Virus record (IMG/VR): IMGVR_UViG_3300023174_005548 | Span: 1-64,000 of that record | Strand: one strand, 5' to 3' | Length of the DNA stretch: 64,000 nt | DNA from: a virus | In this document: piece by piece, positions 18,787 to 28,745 of the stretch | How positions within the stretch are numbered: position 1 is the stretch's first letter | How the letters are laid out: every line of letters begins with the position of its first letter | Program-made: the position numbers and the translations under genes | Notes under the pieces: model-generated | What the model was told of the DNA's origin: nothing | The model's input: the letters and a program-made list of their open reading frames with translations, nothing else | Database searches by the model: none

Positions 18787-19757
18787 ATATACTTGTAACT
18801 GGTGGTCTTGGTTTTATTGGCTCTAATTTTATTAAGTATATAATTAATAAAAAAGAAGTAAACATCGTAATCAATATAGACACATTAACAAAACCAAATT
18901 CTGCGGCTAACAAGAAAAATATAGAATTTTTTGAAAATCATCCAAAGTATAAATTTTATGATTTCTGGTTAGATATATTAGGTTATGTTCCTTCGAAAAA
19001 AGAATTTGAAAAAATAATAAAAGAAAATAATATAACTCACATTGTTCATTTTGCGGCCGAATCTCATGTTGATAATTCAATATCTGATCCAAAACGATTT
19101 ATTGAATCTAATATAATTGGCACATTTAATCTATTACAAATTATTAGAGATTTTCCAGAAATTAGATTTCATCATATTTCTACTGATGAAGTTTATGGTA
19201 GTTTAGGTGAAGAGGGTAAGTTTACAGAAACAACAGCCTATGCTCCAAATTCACCATACTCAGCATCAAAAGCTGCGAGCGATATGTTAGTTAGAGCTTA
19301 TAATCATACTTTTAAACTTTTAGTTACAATTTCAAACTGCTCAAATAATTATGGCCCAAATCAACATAATGAAAAGTTTATACCAGTTGTTATCAACTCT
19401 ATATTAAATAATAAAAAAATACCAGTTTATGGCAACGGAAAAAATGTAAGAGATTGGATTTTTGTCGAGGATCATTGTGAAGCAGTATGGTTTGTATTAA
19501 ATAATGGTAAAATTGGAGAAACCTATAATATAGGTGGAAATTGTGAGAAAACAAATCTAGAGATTATTAATGATATTTGCCAAGTATTAAATGTTAATCC
19601 TCAAGACTATATATCTTTTGTAGAAGATCGTAAAGGACATGACTTTAGATATGCCATAGACAATACCAAAATAAACAAGGAATTGAATTGGCATCCTAAA
19701 ACTTCTTTTAACGAAGGTTTAAAACAAACTGTTGAATTTTATAAAAATATACAATAA
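18783..19757 (+). CDS. rmlB: dTDP-glucose 4,6-dehydratase
   Basis: GGLGFIGSNF, HFAAESHVDNSI, HISTDEVYG, PYSASKAASD, NCSNNYGP, RDWIFVEDH, DRKGHDFRYAID. Confidence 0.95.
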   Translation: MNILVTGGLGFIGSNFIKYIINKKEVNIVINIDTLTKPNSAANKKNIEFFENHPKYKFYDFWLDILGYVPSKKEFEKIIKENNITHIVHFAAESHVDNSISDPKRFIESNIIGTFNLLQIIRDFPEIRFHHISTDEVYGSLGEEGKFTETTAYAPNSPYSASKAASDMLVRAYNHTFKLLVTISNCSNNYGPNQHNEKFIPVVINSILNNKKIPVYGNGKNVRDWIFVEDHCEAVWFVLNNGKIGETYNIGGNCEKTNLEIINDICQVLNVNPQDYISFVEDRKGHDFRYAIDNTKINKELNWHPKTSFNEGLKQTVEFYKNIQ

Positions 19758-19760
19758 TAT
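19732..19760 (+). promoter_or_regulatory. sigma70-type promoter (leaderless)
   Basis: TTGAAT-N17-TAATAT, 5 nt before ATG 19766. The -10 box includes the rmlB TAA stop. Confidence 0.5.
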
Positions 19761-19765
19761 ATAAT

Positions 19766-20911
19766 ATGAGCAAAAACTTTCAAGAAACATATCATGGCAA
19801 AAAGATAGATACAGCAAATATTTTAAATATTGAAGACGCAAGCAAGTTAATTAATGCAAGAAAAACAGTAGTTATTACTGGTGTTACTGGTCAAGATGGT
19901 AGTCATATGGTTGATTTTTTACTCAAGAATACTGATTATCTTATTTTTGGTGGAGTTAGAAGATTAAGTGTTTATAATCATGAAAATATTAGACATATTA
20001 ATTCTGATAGATTTCATTTGATTAATTTTGATTTAACTGATCCTCATGCGATAGCTAGAACAGTAGAAAAAATACAACCAGATTATTTTATTAATTTTGC
20101 TGCTCAAAGCTTTGTAGCAAGCAGCTGGGATTTTGCTAGACAAACTTGGGCAGCTAACTCAACTAGTATTTTAGATATTTTGGAAGCAATTAGACTTTAC
20201 AAACCTTCTTGTCGTTTATATCAAGCTGGTTCAAGTGAAGAATTTGGAAATATTCTATATGCCCCACAAGATGAAAAACATCCCTTAAGACCAAGAAGCC
20301 CATATGGAGCAAGCAAAGCCGCCTCAAGACAACTTATTAAAGTTTATAGAGATTCTTATAATTTATATGCAATTCAAGGATGGCTATTTAATCATGAAGG
20401 CACAAGACGAGGAGAAGAGTTCGTTACAAGAAAAGTAACAAAAAATGTAGCTCGTATTTTTAATTCGATTAAAAACAATCAAGAATTTGTTCCTTTAGAA
20501 TTAGGAAATATTGAAGCAAAAAGAGATTGGAGTGATGCAGAAGATTTTGTAGAAGGCGTATGGATGATGCTAAATCAAGATACTTATAATAAAAATTATA
20601 ATGGCATACCACAAGAATATGTTTTTTCTTCAAATGAAACCCATACAATTAAAGAATTTGTTGAAAAAGCATTTACTATTGCGGGAATCAATGGCAAGTG
20701 GATTGGTGAAAATGAACATGTTATGTATATTTCAGATGATAACAAAGTACTTGTTCAAATAAATCCAAAATTTTATAGACCAGCAGAAGTAGAACTTCTT
20801 CTTGGAGATTCAAATAAAGCAAGAACAGAATTGGCATGGGCACCAAAGATTTCATTTGACAAGCTAGTTGAAAAAATGGTAAGATGGGATATTGAAAACA
20901 GTAAATCATAA
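19766..20911 (+). CDS. gmd: GDP-mannose 4,6-dehydratase
   Basis: ITGVTGQDGS, AAQSFV, YQAGSSEEFG, PRSPYGASK, LFNHE..RRG.EFVTRK, RDWSDAED, FYRPAEVELLLGD. Confidence 0.95.
   Translation: MSKNFQETYHGKKIDTANILNIEDASKLINARKTVVITGVTGQDGSHMVDFLLKNTDYLIFGGVRRLSVYNHENIRHINSDRFHLINFDLTDPHAIARTVEKIQPDYFINFAAQSFVASSWDFARQTWAANSTSILDILEAIRLYKPSCRLYQAGSSEEFGNILYAPQDEKHPLRPRSPYGASKAASRQLIKVYRDSYNLYAIQGWLFNHEGTRRGEEFVTRKVTKNVARIFNSIKNNQEFVPLELGNIEAKRDWSDAEDFVEGVWMMLNQDTYNKNYNGIPQEYVFSSNETHTIKEFVEKAFTIAGINGKWIGENEHVMYISDDNKVLVQINPKFYRPAEVELLLGDSNKARTELAWAPKISFDKLVEKMVRWDIENSKS
20856..20885 (+). promoter_or_regulatory. sigma70-type promoter inside the gmd 3' end, at the head of the replication module
   Basis: TTGACA-N18-TAAGAT with TGn extension, 6 nt before TTG 20892. 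Confidence 0.5.
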
Positions 20912-21236
20912 ACTTTGTCAATTAGTAGTTAAAAAATTTGTTAAAGGAAATATTAATTGGCCAAGAGAGATTAAAATCGCTCAAAGATTGGTTAAAAGAT
21001 TCAATTCTTTTGACTTTTGGGATAATCTCAAAGAACTAGGAAGTCCACCTCCTTCACTAGCTTGGTTTCTTAAACCAGAGGGAAAAGCTTTTATATTAAA
21101 AGAATATGAAAGTTTTAATTTAAATTTAAATAAGGAGAAAGTAGAACTAGAGGAAAATAAAGTAAATGAAGATAAAAACATTTGCAAAAAACCTAAAACT
21201 CTGCTAGAATTTATAAGATATGGCAAGAAAACCTAA
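20892..21236 (+). CDS. Hypothetical protein
   Basis: 114-aa ORF bridging gmd and the recA-like gene, overlapping both. Confidence 0.6.
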   Translation: MKTVNHKLCQLVVKKFVKGNINWPREIKIAQRLVKRFNSFDFWDNLKELGSPPPSLAWFLKPEGKAFILKEYESFNLNLNKEKVELEENKVNEDKNICKKPKTLLEFIRYGKKT

Positions 21237-22362
21237 AGAAGAAATCGAACAATCATCTGGTCCAAGTGCATCAGATAGATTACTATCATTTTTAAAAGAT
21301 AACAAAGAAGATCATTATAATTTTGAAGATGAGATTTATTATAAGGTTTCTACTGGTAGCTTGAATTTAGATATCGCTACTAGCGGTGGTCTTTGCCCCG
21401 GACTTCATAGATTTATTGGAATGAATGAAGGTGGAAAAACATCAGAAGCACTTGAAGTAACGAAGAACTTTCTTAAAACAGTAGAAAATTCCAGAGCTTT
21501 GCTTTTTAAAGCGGAAGGAAGATTGAGTAAAGAAATTAAAGATCGTTCTGGAATTAAGTTCGTAACTGACCCTAAAGAATGGGTTGATGGAACTTGCTTT
21601 GTATTTGAATGTAATATTTTTGAAACAGTTTCTGAATTGATGAAAGATCTGATTCAATCTAATGATGAGAATAAGAGGTATATGTTTATTCTTGATTCAG
21701 TTGACGGATTAATGACTAAAGGTGACTCTCAAAAGAGCATGACAGAAGCTACAAAGGTTGCAGGAGGAGCAGTTATTTCATCAATGTTAATGAAGAAGAT
21801 TTCTCTTGCGCTTTCTAAACGTGGACATATGGCTATTTTTATTAGTCAAGTTCGATCTGATATTAAACTTGATCCTTATGCTGCGAATAAAGATATTCGC
21901 CAAACTACTGCTACTGGTGGAAATGCATTATTGCACTTTGCTAATTGGATTCTTGAATTTGAACCAAAGTTTAACAAAGATCTAATTCTAGAAAAACCAA
22001 ATGACAAATATGACCCAATTAAAAATAAAATTATTGGACATAATGTTAAGATTGTAATTAAAAAGTCTACAAATGAATCTACAAATTCGAAGGTTCAATA
22101 TCCAATCAAATATGGTCGTAAAGATGGATCTTCTGTTTGGAGAGAGTATGAAATTATTGATCAAATTCTTTCTTGGGAATTTGCAACTGCAAAAGGTGCA
22201 TGGGTTACTTTCTCAGATGAGATTATCGAAGAACTTAAAAATGCTAATTTAGAATTAAAGAAGCAACATCAAGGTATTGATAATCTAAGAGCTTATTTAG
22301 AAGAAAATAAACCAATCGTAGATTATTTTTATAATAAATTCATTAAAACTCTTGCGTCATGA
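21220..22362 (+). CDS. recA: RecA-family recombinase (phage UvsX analogue)
   Basis: VSTGSLNLDIATSGGL, Walker A GMNEGGKTS, Walker B FILDSV, IFISQVR, TGGNALLHFA. Confidence 0.85.
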   Translation: MARKPKEEIEQSSGPSASDRLLSFLKDNKEDHYNFEDEIYYKVSTGSLNLDIATSGGLCPGLHRFIGMNEGGKTSEALEVTKNFLKTVENSRALLFKAEGRLSKEIKDRSGIKFVTDPKEWVDGTCFVFECNIFETVSELMKDLIQSNDENKRYMFILDSVDGLMTKGDSQKSMTEATKVAGGAVISSMLMKKISLALSKRGHMAIFISQVRSDIKLDPYAANKDIRQTTATGGNALLHFANWILEFEPKFNKDLILEKPNDKYDPIKNKIIGHNVKIVIKKSTNESTNSKVQYPIKYGRKDGSSVWREYEIIDQILSWEFATAKGAWVTFSDEIIEELKNANLELKKQHQGIDNLRAYLEENKPIVDYFYNKFIKTLAS

Positions 22363-22778
22363 GATTATTAAATATTAACGGCACACTCGTTAATAAGAAC
22401 GTAAGAAATTATCTTGTAGATTGGGATGGAAAATGCAGAAGCAAACTGCAATTTAAGTTTAAACACTTCTTTTATCCTTATTGGAAAAATCATATAGTAT
22501 ATGAAGAGTTTCCAGTTTATGGAACAATGCTTAAAGTTGATATATTAAATGCAACTAAAAAGATAGCAGTTGAGATACAAGGTGATCAACATGAGAGCTT
22601 CAACAAATTCTTTCATGATAATTCTAGATTAAAATACCTTCAAAGTATCAAAAGAGACGTTAAAAAAGAAAAATGGCTTGAAATGAATGAATTTAAATTC
22701 CTAGAACTATATGAGAGTGATTTAAAAAATTTATCACCACAATATATAGAAGAAAAGTGTGGAATTTTGATTATTTAA
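22359..22778 (+). CDS. PD-(D/E)XK / Vsr-DUF559-like endonuclease
   Basis: EEFPV..T.LKVDI......IAVEIQGDQH...RD..K..W. Confidence 0.75.
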   Translation: MRLLNINGTLVNKNVRNYLVDWDGKCRSKLQFKFKHFFYPYWKNHIVYEEFPVYGTMLKVDILNATKKIAVEIQGDQHESFNKFFHDNSRLKYLQSIKRDVKKEKWLEMNEFKFLELYESDLKNLSPQYIEEKCGILII

Positions 22779-22784
22779 GTGTAA
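22779..22784 (+). promoter_or_regulatory. GTGTAA motif, 9 nt before GTG 22794
   Basis: Directly follows the TAA stop: taagtgtaa-aaatagctg-GTG. Confidence 0.5.
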
Positions 22785-22793
22785 AAATAGCTG

Positions 22794-23072
22794 GTGACAA
22801 ACAAGAAAAAATTCAATTTTCCAGAATCCCTTTTAAAACAAATTGACGAATGTAGTTTTGGTGGATATATAATGTTCAATTTTTCAAGTAAGGGCGAACC
22901 TCAAGTATATACAAAATTCGATAATCAAATAAATGCTATGGCACTTTTATATTATGTTAATACTTGGAGTCAAAGTGTAGACCAATTAAATCTAGAAGCA
23001 ACAACAGATCAAATAGCAAAGAAAAATTTAGAAGAAGACGATTTTAATGATTCCGAAGAAGATAGAGATTAA
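22794..23072 (+). CDS. Hypothetical protein with acidic tail
   Basis: 92-aa ORF filling the gap before dnaB. Confidence 0.65.
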   Translation: MTNKKKFNFPESLLKQIDECSFGGYIMFNFSSKGEPQVYTKFDNQINAMALLYYVNTWSQSVDQLNLEATTDQIAKKNLEEDDFNDSEEDRD

Positions 23073-23078
23073 AAACAC

Positions 23079-23107
23079 TTGACTTTTAATTTTTAGTTTG
23101 GTATCAT
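23079..23107 (+). promoter_or_regulatory. sigma70-type promoter for dnaB
   Basis: TTGACT-N17-TATCAT with TGn extension, 10 nt before ATG 23118. Confidence 0.78.
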
Positions 23108-23117
23108 ATAAAGCTGG

Positions 23118-24602
23118 ATGATATACTCTTTACAAGTAGAAAGACATGTACTAAGCGGTTTATTAAGGCATCAAGACCTATTCGCAGATATTGATGTATT
23201 TTTAACTGAAAATGATTTTTATAACGATGTTCATTCATCAATATATACTGTATTTAAAAATATTAAGCATAAGGGCGAAAACGTAGATAAAGTCCTATTA
23301 GCTGAAAAGATCAAGAATCTTGGTATTACATTTAAAGACGAGATCAATATATTTGATTATATTGATAATTTGAGCTTCTCACAGATCACAGAAGAAGCTA
23401 CAATGACAGCTTGTAGAGAATTAATTAAATTAAGAGTTCGTAGAGAAATATCTCAAACAGCAGATAAGCTAAAAGATTATGTAAATAAGAATTCTGAAGA
23501 TTCAATGGATGAAATTATCGGCAAGATTGATCAAATTTATAATAAGAAAATATCAGCCTATTCAGAAAATGATGTACCAATTAATATTTTCGCTGAAGTT
23601 GAAGATCTTGTAGAGGAAATTGGTAATGCTCCAAAAGAAGATACTGGACTGATCACTCCATATTCTGAATTTAATAGAATGTATGGTGGCTTGAAGAATG
23701 GTAATATTTATGCAATCGCAAGTAGGCCGGGTCAAGGTAAATCAACTTGGTTAAATGATATCTGCTTTAAGACTTCAATCAATCCAAAGAATAAAACTAA
23801 AACTCTTATTCTTGATACCGAAATGCAAACTGTAGATATTCAATTACGAATGGTCGCATCATTAACAGATGTTCCAGTATGGTATCTTGAAACTGGTAAT
23901 TGGCGCAAGAATGAAGAGATGACCAGAAAAGTAAGAGCAGCTTGGGCAAAAGTAAAAACTTATGAATACTTTCATTATCATGTAGGAAATAAAAATATTG
24001 ATCAAGTATGTTCTATTATTCGCAGATGGTATCTCTCTAAAGTTGGTCGTGGAAATCAAGCGATGATCGCCTATGATTATATTAAACTAACTGGTGAGAA
24101 AGTTGGTGCAAATTGGGCAGAGCATCAAGCAATCGGTGATAAGATTGATAAACTAAAAAGAATCTCAGAAGAAATTCATTGCCCAATCATTACTGCAATG
24201 CAATTAAATCGAAGTGGAGAAAGTTTTAATAGAAAAGCTAGTGAAGTTGTTGATGATAGTTCTGTAATCTCACTATCAGATAGACTACAATGGTTTGCAT
24301 CATTCGTTGCGATCTTTAGAAGAAAAACTCTTGATGAGGTTACTCTCGATGGTCAAGCATTTGGAACACATAAATTAATTCCAACTAAAACCAGATTCCA
24401 AGGAAAAGATGCTGCTGGTCATCAAGACTTAGTAAGAAGATTAGATTGTACTGGCAAGGAAACTTGGGCGCAAAATTATCTTAATTATCAAGTAACAAAT
24501 TTCAATATTGAAGAAAGAGGATCATTACTCGATGTCGCAGAAAGACAAAGAGAGCAATATGAATTGAATGATCAAAATGCTAATGATGGAGAATTACTAT
24601 GA
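23118..24602 (+). CDS. dnaB: Replicative DNA helicase, DnaB family
   Basis: N-terminal ERHVLSGLL, Walker A ASRPGQGKST, DTEM, YDYIKL, AMQLNR. Confidence 0.92.
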   Translation: MIYSLQVERHVLSGLLRHQDLFADIDVFLTENDFYNDVHSSIYTVFKNIKHKGENVDKVLLAEKIKNLGITFKDEINIFDYIDNLSFSQITEEATMTACRELIKLRVRREISQTADKLKDYVNKNSEDSMDEIIGKIDQIYNKKISAYSENDVPINIFAEVEDLVEEIGNAPKEDTGLITPYSEFNRMYGGLKNGNIYAIASRPGQGKSTWLNDICFKTSINPKNKTKTLILDTEMQTVDIQLRMVASLTDVPVWYLETGNWRKNEEMTRKVRAAWAKVKTYEYFHYHVGNKNIDQVCSIIRRWYLSKVGRGNQAMIAYDYIKLTGEKVGANWAEHQAIGDKIDKLKRISEEIHCPIITAMQLNRSGESFNRKASEVVDDSSVISLSDRLQWFASFVAIFRRKTLDEVTLDGQAFGTHKLIPTKTRFQGKDAAGHQDLVRRLDCTGKETWAQNYLNYQVTNFNIEERGSLLDVAERQREQYELNDQNANDGELL

Positions 24603-25255
24603 ACGTAGATTTAGTATCAGTCACAAAACCAGAAATTAAAGGAATTAAAAATGCAGAAGATTTAGTTGCATTTTGTGCTAGAGTTAGTAATCCATCAAAT
24701 CAAATGAATATTGAAACTGCTCCAAAACTTTTAAAATTTTTAATTAAACATAAGCATTGGAGTCCATTTGAATTAGTTGATATGTGTGTTGAAATTAAAA
24801 CTAGTCGCGGAATCGCTGCGCAAATTCTAAGGCACAGATCATTTAGCTTTCAAGAATTTAGTCAAAGATATAGTCTCGCTAATGAGTTTGAGGATATTGA
24901 ACTTCGTTTGCAGGGAGATAAGAATAGACAAGTAGGTGAAAATCTTATGCCAACGAATACAGATGCATATGATAAAGTGAACGAACTTCTTGTAGAATCT
25001 TTATCGCTTTCCCAGCATTGTTATGATACAATGATTGAAAATGGAGTTGCAAAAGAAGTAGCTAGAATGATATTACCTTTAACAACTCAAACAACAATGT
25101 ATATGAAAGGTTCATTAAGAAGCTGGATTCATTATATCGAATTAAGAACAGAACAAAATACTCAAAAAGAACATAGAGTCATCGCAGAGAAATGCAAGAA
25201 GATATTTATTAAAGAGTTTCCTGTGATAAGCGAGGCGTTAGAATGGATCAAGTAA
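24599..25255 (+). CDS. thyX: Flavin-dependent thymidylate synthase
   Basis: ARVSNP, HWSPFE, QILRHRSFSFQEFSQRY (RHRX7S), KEVARMILP, TQKEH. Confidence 0.96.
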   Translation: MNVDLVSVTKPEIKGIKNAEDLVAFCARVSNPSNQMNIETAPKLLKFLIKHKHWSPFELVDMCVEIKTSRGIAAQILRHRSFSFQEFSQRYSLANEFEDIELRLQGDKNRQVGENLMPTNTDAYDKVNELLVESLSLSQHCYDTMIENGVAKEVARMILPLTTQTTMYMKGSLRSWIHYIELRTEQNTQKEHRVIAEKCKKIFIKEFPVISEALEWIK

Positions 25256-26148
25256 ATGTTTATCAAATCCTAACTGATTTAGGATATAAATTAAAAGATT
25301 GCGGTAAAGAATATAGAGCTAGACCTCTTTACAGAGATAGCGATAATGATACTGTTTTAAAGATTTATAAAGATACGGGTCATTGGTTTGATTTTAAAGA
25401 GAATATTAGTGGAGATTTTAGTTCTTTGGTCGGCATGACTTTAAAACTAGAAGATCCAAGCAAAGCTAAAGAATGGTTAAAAGATAAAAACTTTGCATTC
25501 CATCAACCCAAAGAAGTCTCAAAACCGCTTCTTAAATCAACAAAGAAGTTTGATTTAGATTTATTATCTAATTTAGAAAACAATCATTCTTATTGGAACA
25601 AAAGAGGTGTCAATAATGAAACCTTGTCTCAATTTAAAGGTGGAGTTGGGAAAGCTGGCAAGATGAAAAACAGATACGTTTTCCCTATATTTGATATTAA
25701 GAACAATATTATAGGATTTTCTGGTAGAGATATTACAAATCTTTCCAAAATTAAATGGAAGCATCTTGGTGAAAAGAATGATTTCGTTTATCCATTATTC
25801 TTGAACTCACAAGACATAGAAGCTCAAAAGGAAGTAATCCTCGTTGAGAGTATTGGTGATATGTTAAGTTTATATCAAGCTGGAATTAAAAATGTTCTAG
25901 TTACATTTGGCACAAGTCTTAGTTTAGGTATTTTAAATTATCTATTAAAGATGGATGTTAAAAAGATTTATATTAGTCTTAACAATGATTCAAATAAAAA
26001 TAATGCTGGAAATATTGGTGCAGAGAAAACTCATTCAAGACTCAAAAGATACTTTGACGATAAGCAATTAAAGATTGCACTTCCAACTAAAAAAGATTTT
26101 GGAGAGATGAATAAAGAAGAAATACTACAATGGAAAAACAATCTCTAA
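25243..26148 (+). CDS. dnaG: DnaG-type DNA primase (TOPRIM) with a degenerate zinc-binding domain
   Basis: RYVFPI...IIGFSGR, KWK, LVESIGD, TFG, LNND, KDFGEM. Confidence 0.85.
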   Translation: MDQVNVYQILTDLGYKLKDCGKEYRARPLYRDSDNDTVLKIYKDTGHWFDFKENISGDFSSLVGMTLKLEDPSKAKEWLKDKNFAFHQPKEVSKPLLKSTKKFDLDLLSNLENNHSYWNKRGVNNETLSQFKGGVGKAGKMKNRYVFPIFDIKNNIIGFSGRDITNLSKIKWKHLGEKNDFVYPLFLNSQDIEAQKEVILVESIGDMLSLYQAGIKNVLVTFGTSLSLGILNYLLKMDVKKIYISLNNDSNKNNAGNIGAEKTHSRLKRYFDDKQLKIALPTKKDFGEMNKEEILQWKNNL

Positions 26149-27095
26149 AAACACTCTCTGCATCTAGAATCAAAACTCTTGAAACTTGTTCTTGGGTTTA
26201 CTGGAATAACTATCATACCAAAGTTCCTCAAAGTCAAAATGATGGAGCATTAAGAGGAACCATTTGTCACACAATTTTTGAATTATTATTAAATAAAAGG
26301 CATCTTAAAAATTATAAAAGAATTATAAAGAAAAATTCTATAGATGGAGATGAAGGCGTAGCTCGACTAGTTAAGAAATTATCAGTAAAAGTTAAACTAG
26401 ATGAAAGCAATTATAAACTATTAAATGATATGATCTTGGTTGGTCTTAAGAATGATTTCTTTGGAGAAGGCGGAGAAATAGTCAAGCCAGAGTATGATTT
26501 TGATATTACAAATGAAGAGCCTAAATATCATATCAAAGGGTTTATAGATAAGCCTATTAAAATCAAAAAAGAAATGCATATAATCGACTATAAAAGCTCC
26601 AAATACAAGTTTAGGGGTGATGACCTTGAAGCTAATATTCAAGCTATGATGTATAGTCTAGCAAGCAAAAAATTATGGCCAAAGCTAAAGCCTATTGTTA
26701 AATTCTTATTTTTAAGATTTCCAAAGCAACCAATTCAAGAATTAATATTCACAGATGAACAGATTAAAGGATTCGAGCATTATCTTGAGCATATTAATGA
26801 TTATGTTAATAAATTTAACGAAGAATCTGCAAGAGCAAACTTTGCAGTAGATAGTCAAAAGAATAAATGGATGTGTCAAGTTGGTGGCTGGAAATGCCCA
26901 TATAAAGATCCATATAAATATTATGTTAAAGTAAATGATAAAGGCGAAGTAGTAGAAACTAGTCTAGAAAATAACTTTAAAGATATTAAAGGATTTAAAG
27001 TAGAAACTAGAGATTATGAAGGTTGCCCAAAATTTCAAAGTAGTTCAAAAAAGGATGATTTTCTTGATGATTCAAAAGATGAATTTTTAGATTGA
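26130..27095 (+). CDS. PD-(D/E)XK exonuclease, AddB/RecB/Cas4-like
   Basis: LSASRI...C, GTICH, KGFIDK...IIDYKSSK, QAMMY, and C-terminal cysteines (C..C...C). Confidence 0.85.
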   Translation: MEKQSLKTLSASRIKTLETCSWVYWNNYHTKVPQSQNDGALRGTICHTIFELLLNKRHLKNYKRIIKKNSIDGDEGVARLVKKLSVKVKLDESNYKLLNDMILVGLKNDFFGEGGEIVKPEYDFDITNEEPKYHIKGFIDKPIKIKKEMHIIDYKSSKYKFRGDDLEANIQAMMYSLASKKLWPKLKPIVKFLFLRFPKQPIQELIFTDEQIKGFEHYLEHINDYVNKFNEESARANFAVDSQKNKWMCQVGGWKCPYKDPYKYYVKVNDKGEVVETSLENNFKDIKGFKVETRDYEGCPKFQSSSKKDDFLDDSKDEFLD

Positions 27096-27120
27096 TTAGT
27101 ATTAAAAAGTCTGTTATATT
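27092..27120 (+). promoter_or_regulatory. sigma70-type promoter (leaderless) for the polymerase genes
   Basis: TTGATT-N17-TATATT with TGn extension, 6 nt before ATG 27127. The -35 box contains the upstream TGA stop. Confidence 0.65.
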
Positions 27121-27126
27121 TAGGAA

Positions 27127-27873
27127 ATGATACCATTATTTAAATCGCATTATTCTTTAGGAAGGTCTATATTAACCTTAGAAGACAAGAATGAAGCAGA
27201 TGATTATCCAGATTCAATAATTCAAATTGCCAAAGAAAATAAACTTAAAGAACTATTCCTAGTAGAAGATAATATGTCATCATTTCTGGAGGCATATACA
27301 AATACCAAGAATAATAATATTAAATTAAATTATGGATTAAGAGTTACAGTTACAGAATCTATTAATGATAAGACTGATGAATCTCGTCAAAAGAATTCTA
27401 AAGTAGTTATATTCTTTAGAAATAAACAAGGCCATGAACTTTTAACTAAACTATTTAGCACAGCGGCAAAAGCTGGTTTTTATTATGAACCAAGACTTGA
27501 TTATGAAACTATATCTAAAAATTGGAGTGATGATTTATTGCTCTGTATACCATTCTATGATTCTTTCATATTTAATAATACTTTAAGAAACTCGATTTGT
27601 ATTCCTCAGTTTAACTTTACTAAACCAATTGTATTTATTGAAGATAATGATCTTCCTTTTGATTATATAATTAAAGATAAGATGGAAAAATTCGCGCAAG
27701 AGAATAAACTAGAGCTTTTCAAAACTAAAAGTATCTATTATAATAACAAGAAGGACTTTAAGACTTATTTGACATTTAGATGCATCAATAACAGAAGTAT
27801 TCTAAATAAACCAGAATTAGATCATATGAGTAGCAATGAATTTTCTTTTGAAAGTTATTTGAAGGCAAAATAA
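27127..27873 (+). CDS. Stand-alone PHP domain of DNA polymerase III alpha
   Basis: KSHYSLGRSIL, EDNMSSF, YGLR, FFRNKQG...L.KL.S, FYYEPRLD match the DnaE N-terminal PHP pattern. Confidence 0.8.
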   Translation: MIPLFKSHYSLGRSILTLEDKNEADDYPDSIIQIAKENKLKELFLVEDNMSSFLEAYTNTKNNNIKLNYGLRVTVTESINDKTDESRQKNSKVVIFFRNKQGHELLTKLFSTAAKAGFYYEPRLDYETISKNWSDDLLLCIPFYDSFIFNNTLRNSICIPQFNFTKPIVFIEDNDLPFDYIIKDKMEKFAQENKLELFKTKSIYYNNKKDFKTYLTFRCINNRSILNKPELDHMSSNEFSFESYLKAK

Positions 27874-27874
27874 T

Positions 27875-28513
27875 ATGGACGACCATCTTTTAAGATATAA
27901 TAAGAATAAGACTCTTGTATTTATTGATTGTGAGACATTTAATCTTTGTCTTAATTTCTGTCATAATATTCCTTGGCAAATTGCTATGATTAAAGTCCAA
28001 GGTGATAAGAAAGTTGATGAAAAGAATTATTATCTAAAGTGGCAAACAGATTTAAAGATTAGTCAAGACGCAGCTAGAATTACAAGATACGATCATAAGA
28101 AAGTTCAAAAAGAAGGACATGACCCAAAAGAAGTATTTGCCACAATTAAAGATTGGCTAGATCATGCAGATTATATTGTTGGTCACAATACTTTAGGTTT
28201 TGACATTTATCTTATTAAAGAGTATTATAAATATATGGGATGCAGTTGGCATCATCTTGTGAATAAATTTATTGATACAAACACAATTGCAAGAGGAATT
28301 AAATATGGAATACCATACAATCCAAAAGAGAGTCTTACTGAATATCAATATAAAATCTATCATACAAGAAAAAAAGGAGTCAAAAGTTCTTTAACATTTT
28401 TAGGCAAAGAGAATGGTATTGAACATGATTATGATAAATTGCACGATGCAATAAACGATCTTGACCTAAATTTAAAAGTATGGAATAAATTAAAGTGGCA
28501 GGTTGAAATTTAA
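27875..28513 (+). CDS. DEDDh 3'-5' exonuclease (DnaQ/epsilon-like)
   Basis: FIDCET, VGHNTLGFD, IDT, LHDAINDL. Confidence 0.9.
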   Translation: MDDHLLRYNKNKTLVFIDCETFNLCLNFCHNIPWQIAMIKVQGDKKVDEKNYYLKWQTDLKISQDAARITRYDHKKVQKEGHDPKEVFATIKDWLDHADYIVGHNTLGFDIYLIKEYYKYMGCSWHHLVNKFIDTNTIARGIKYGIPYNPKESLTEYQYKIYHTRKKGVKSSLTFLGKENGIEHDYDKLHDAINDLDLNLKVWNKLKWQVEI

Positions 28514-28514
28514 T

Positions 28515-28745
28515 ATGGCATCATTAGACGACATTTATGATATGCTTCAAAAGCTAGATAATTCTGGCATAGAGTATTTACTTATTACTGTTCAAAAAGG
28601 TAAGAAGAATGGTAAAGCAGATGTATTCTTTTCATTAAAGAATGATGATTCAATGAGAATTCTTTCTACTGGACTTAGAGAATTTAATAAAGAAATAGAT
28701 AAAATAAATAAAGACGAAGATAAAGAGGAAGAAGATGAAGAATAA
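28515..28745 (+). CDS. Hypothetical protein with acidic tail
   Basis: MASLDDIYD... ORF between the exonuclease and dnaE; ATG follows directly after the upstream stop. Confidence 0.6.
   Translation: MASLDDIYDMLQKLDNSGIEYLLITVQKGKKNGKADVFFSLKNDDSMRILSTGLREFNKEIDKINKDEDKEEEDEE

Noticed and set aside
26130-27095. Cas4-like nuclease as a sign of a CRISPR-Cas system
   Set aside because: No repeat-spacer array or other cas genes. It sits between primase and polymerase, as phage recombination nucleases do.
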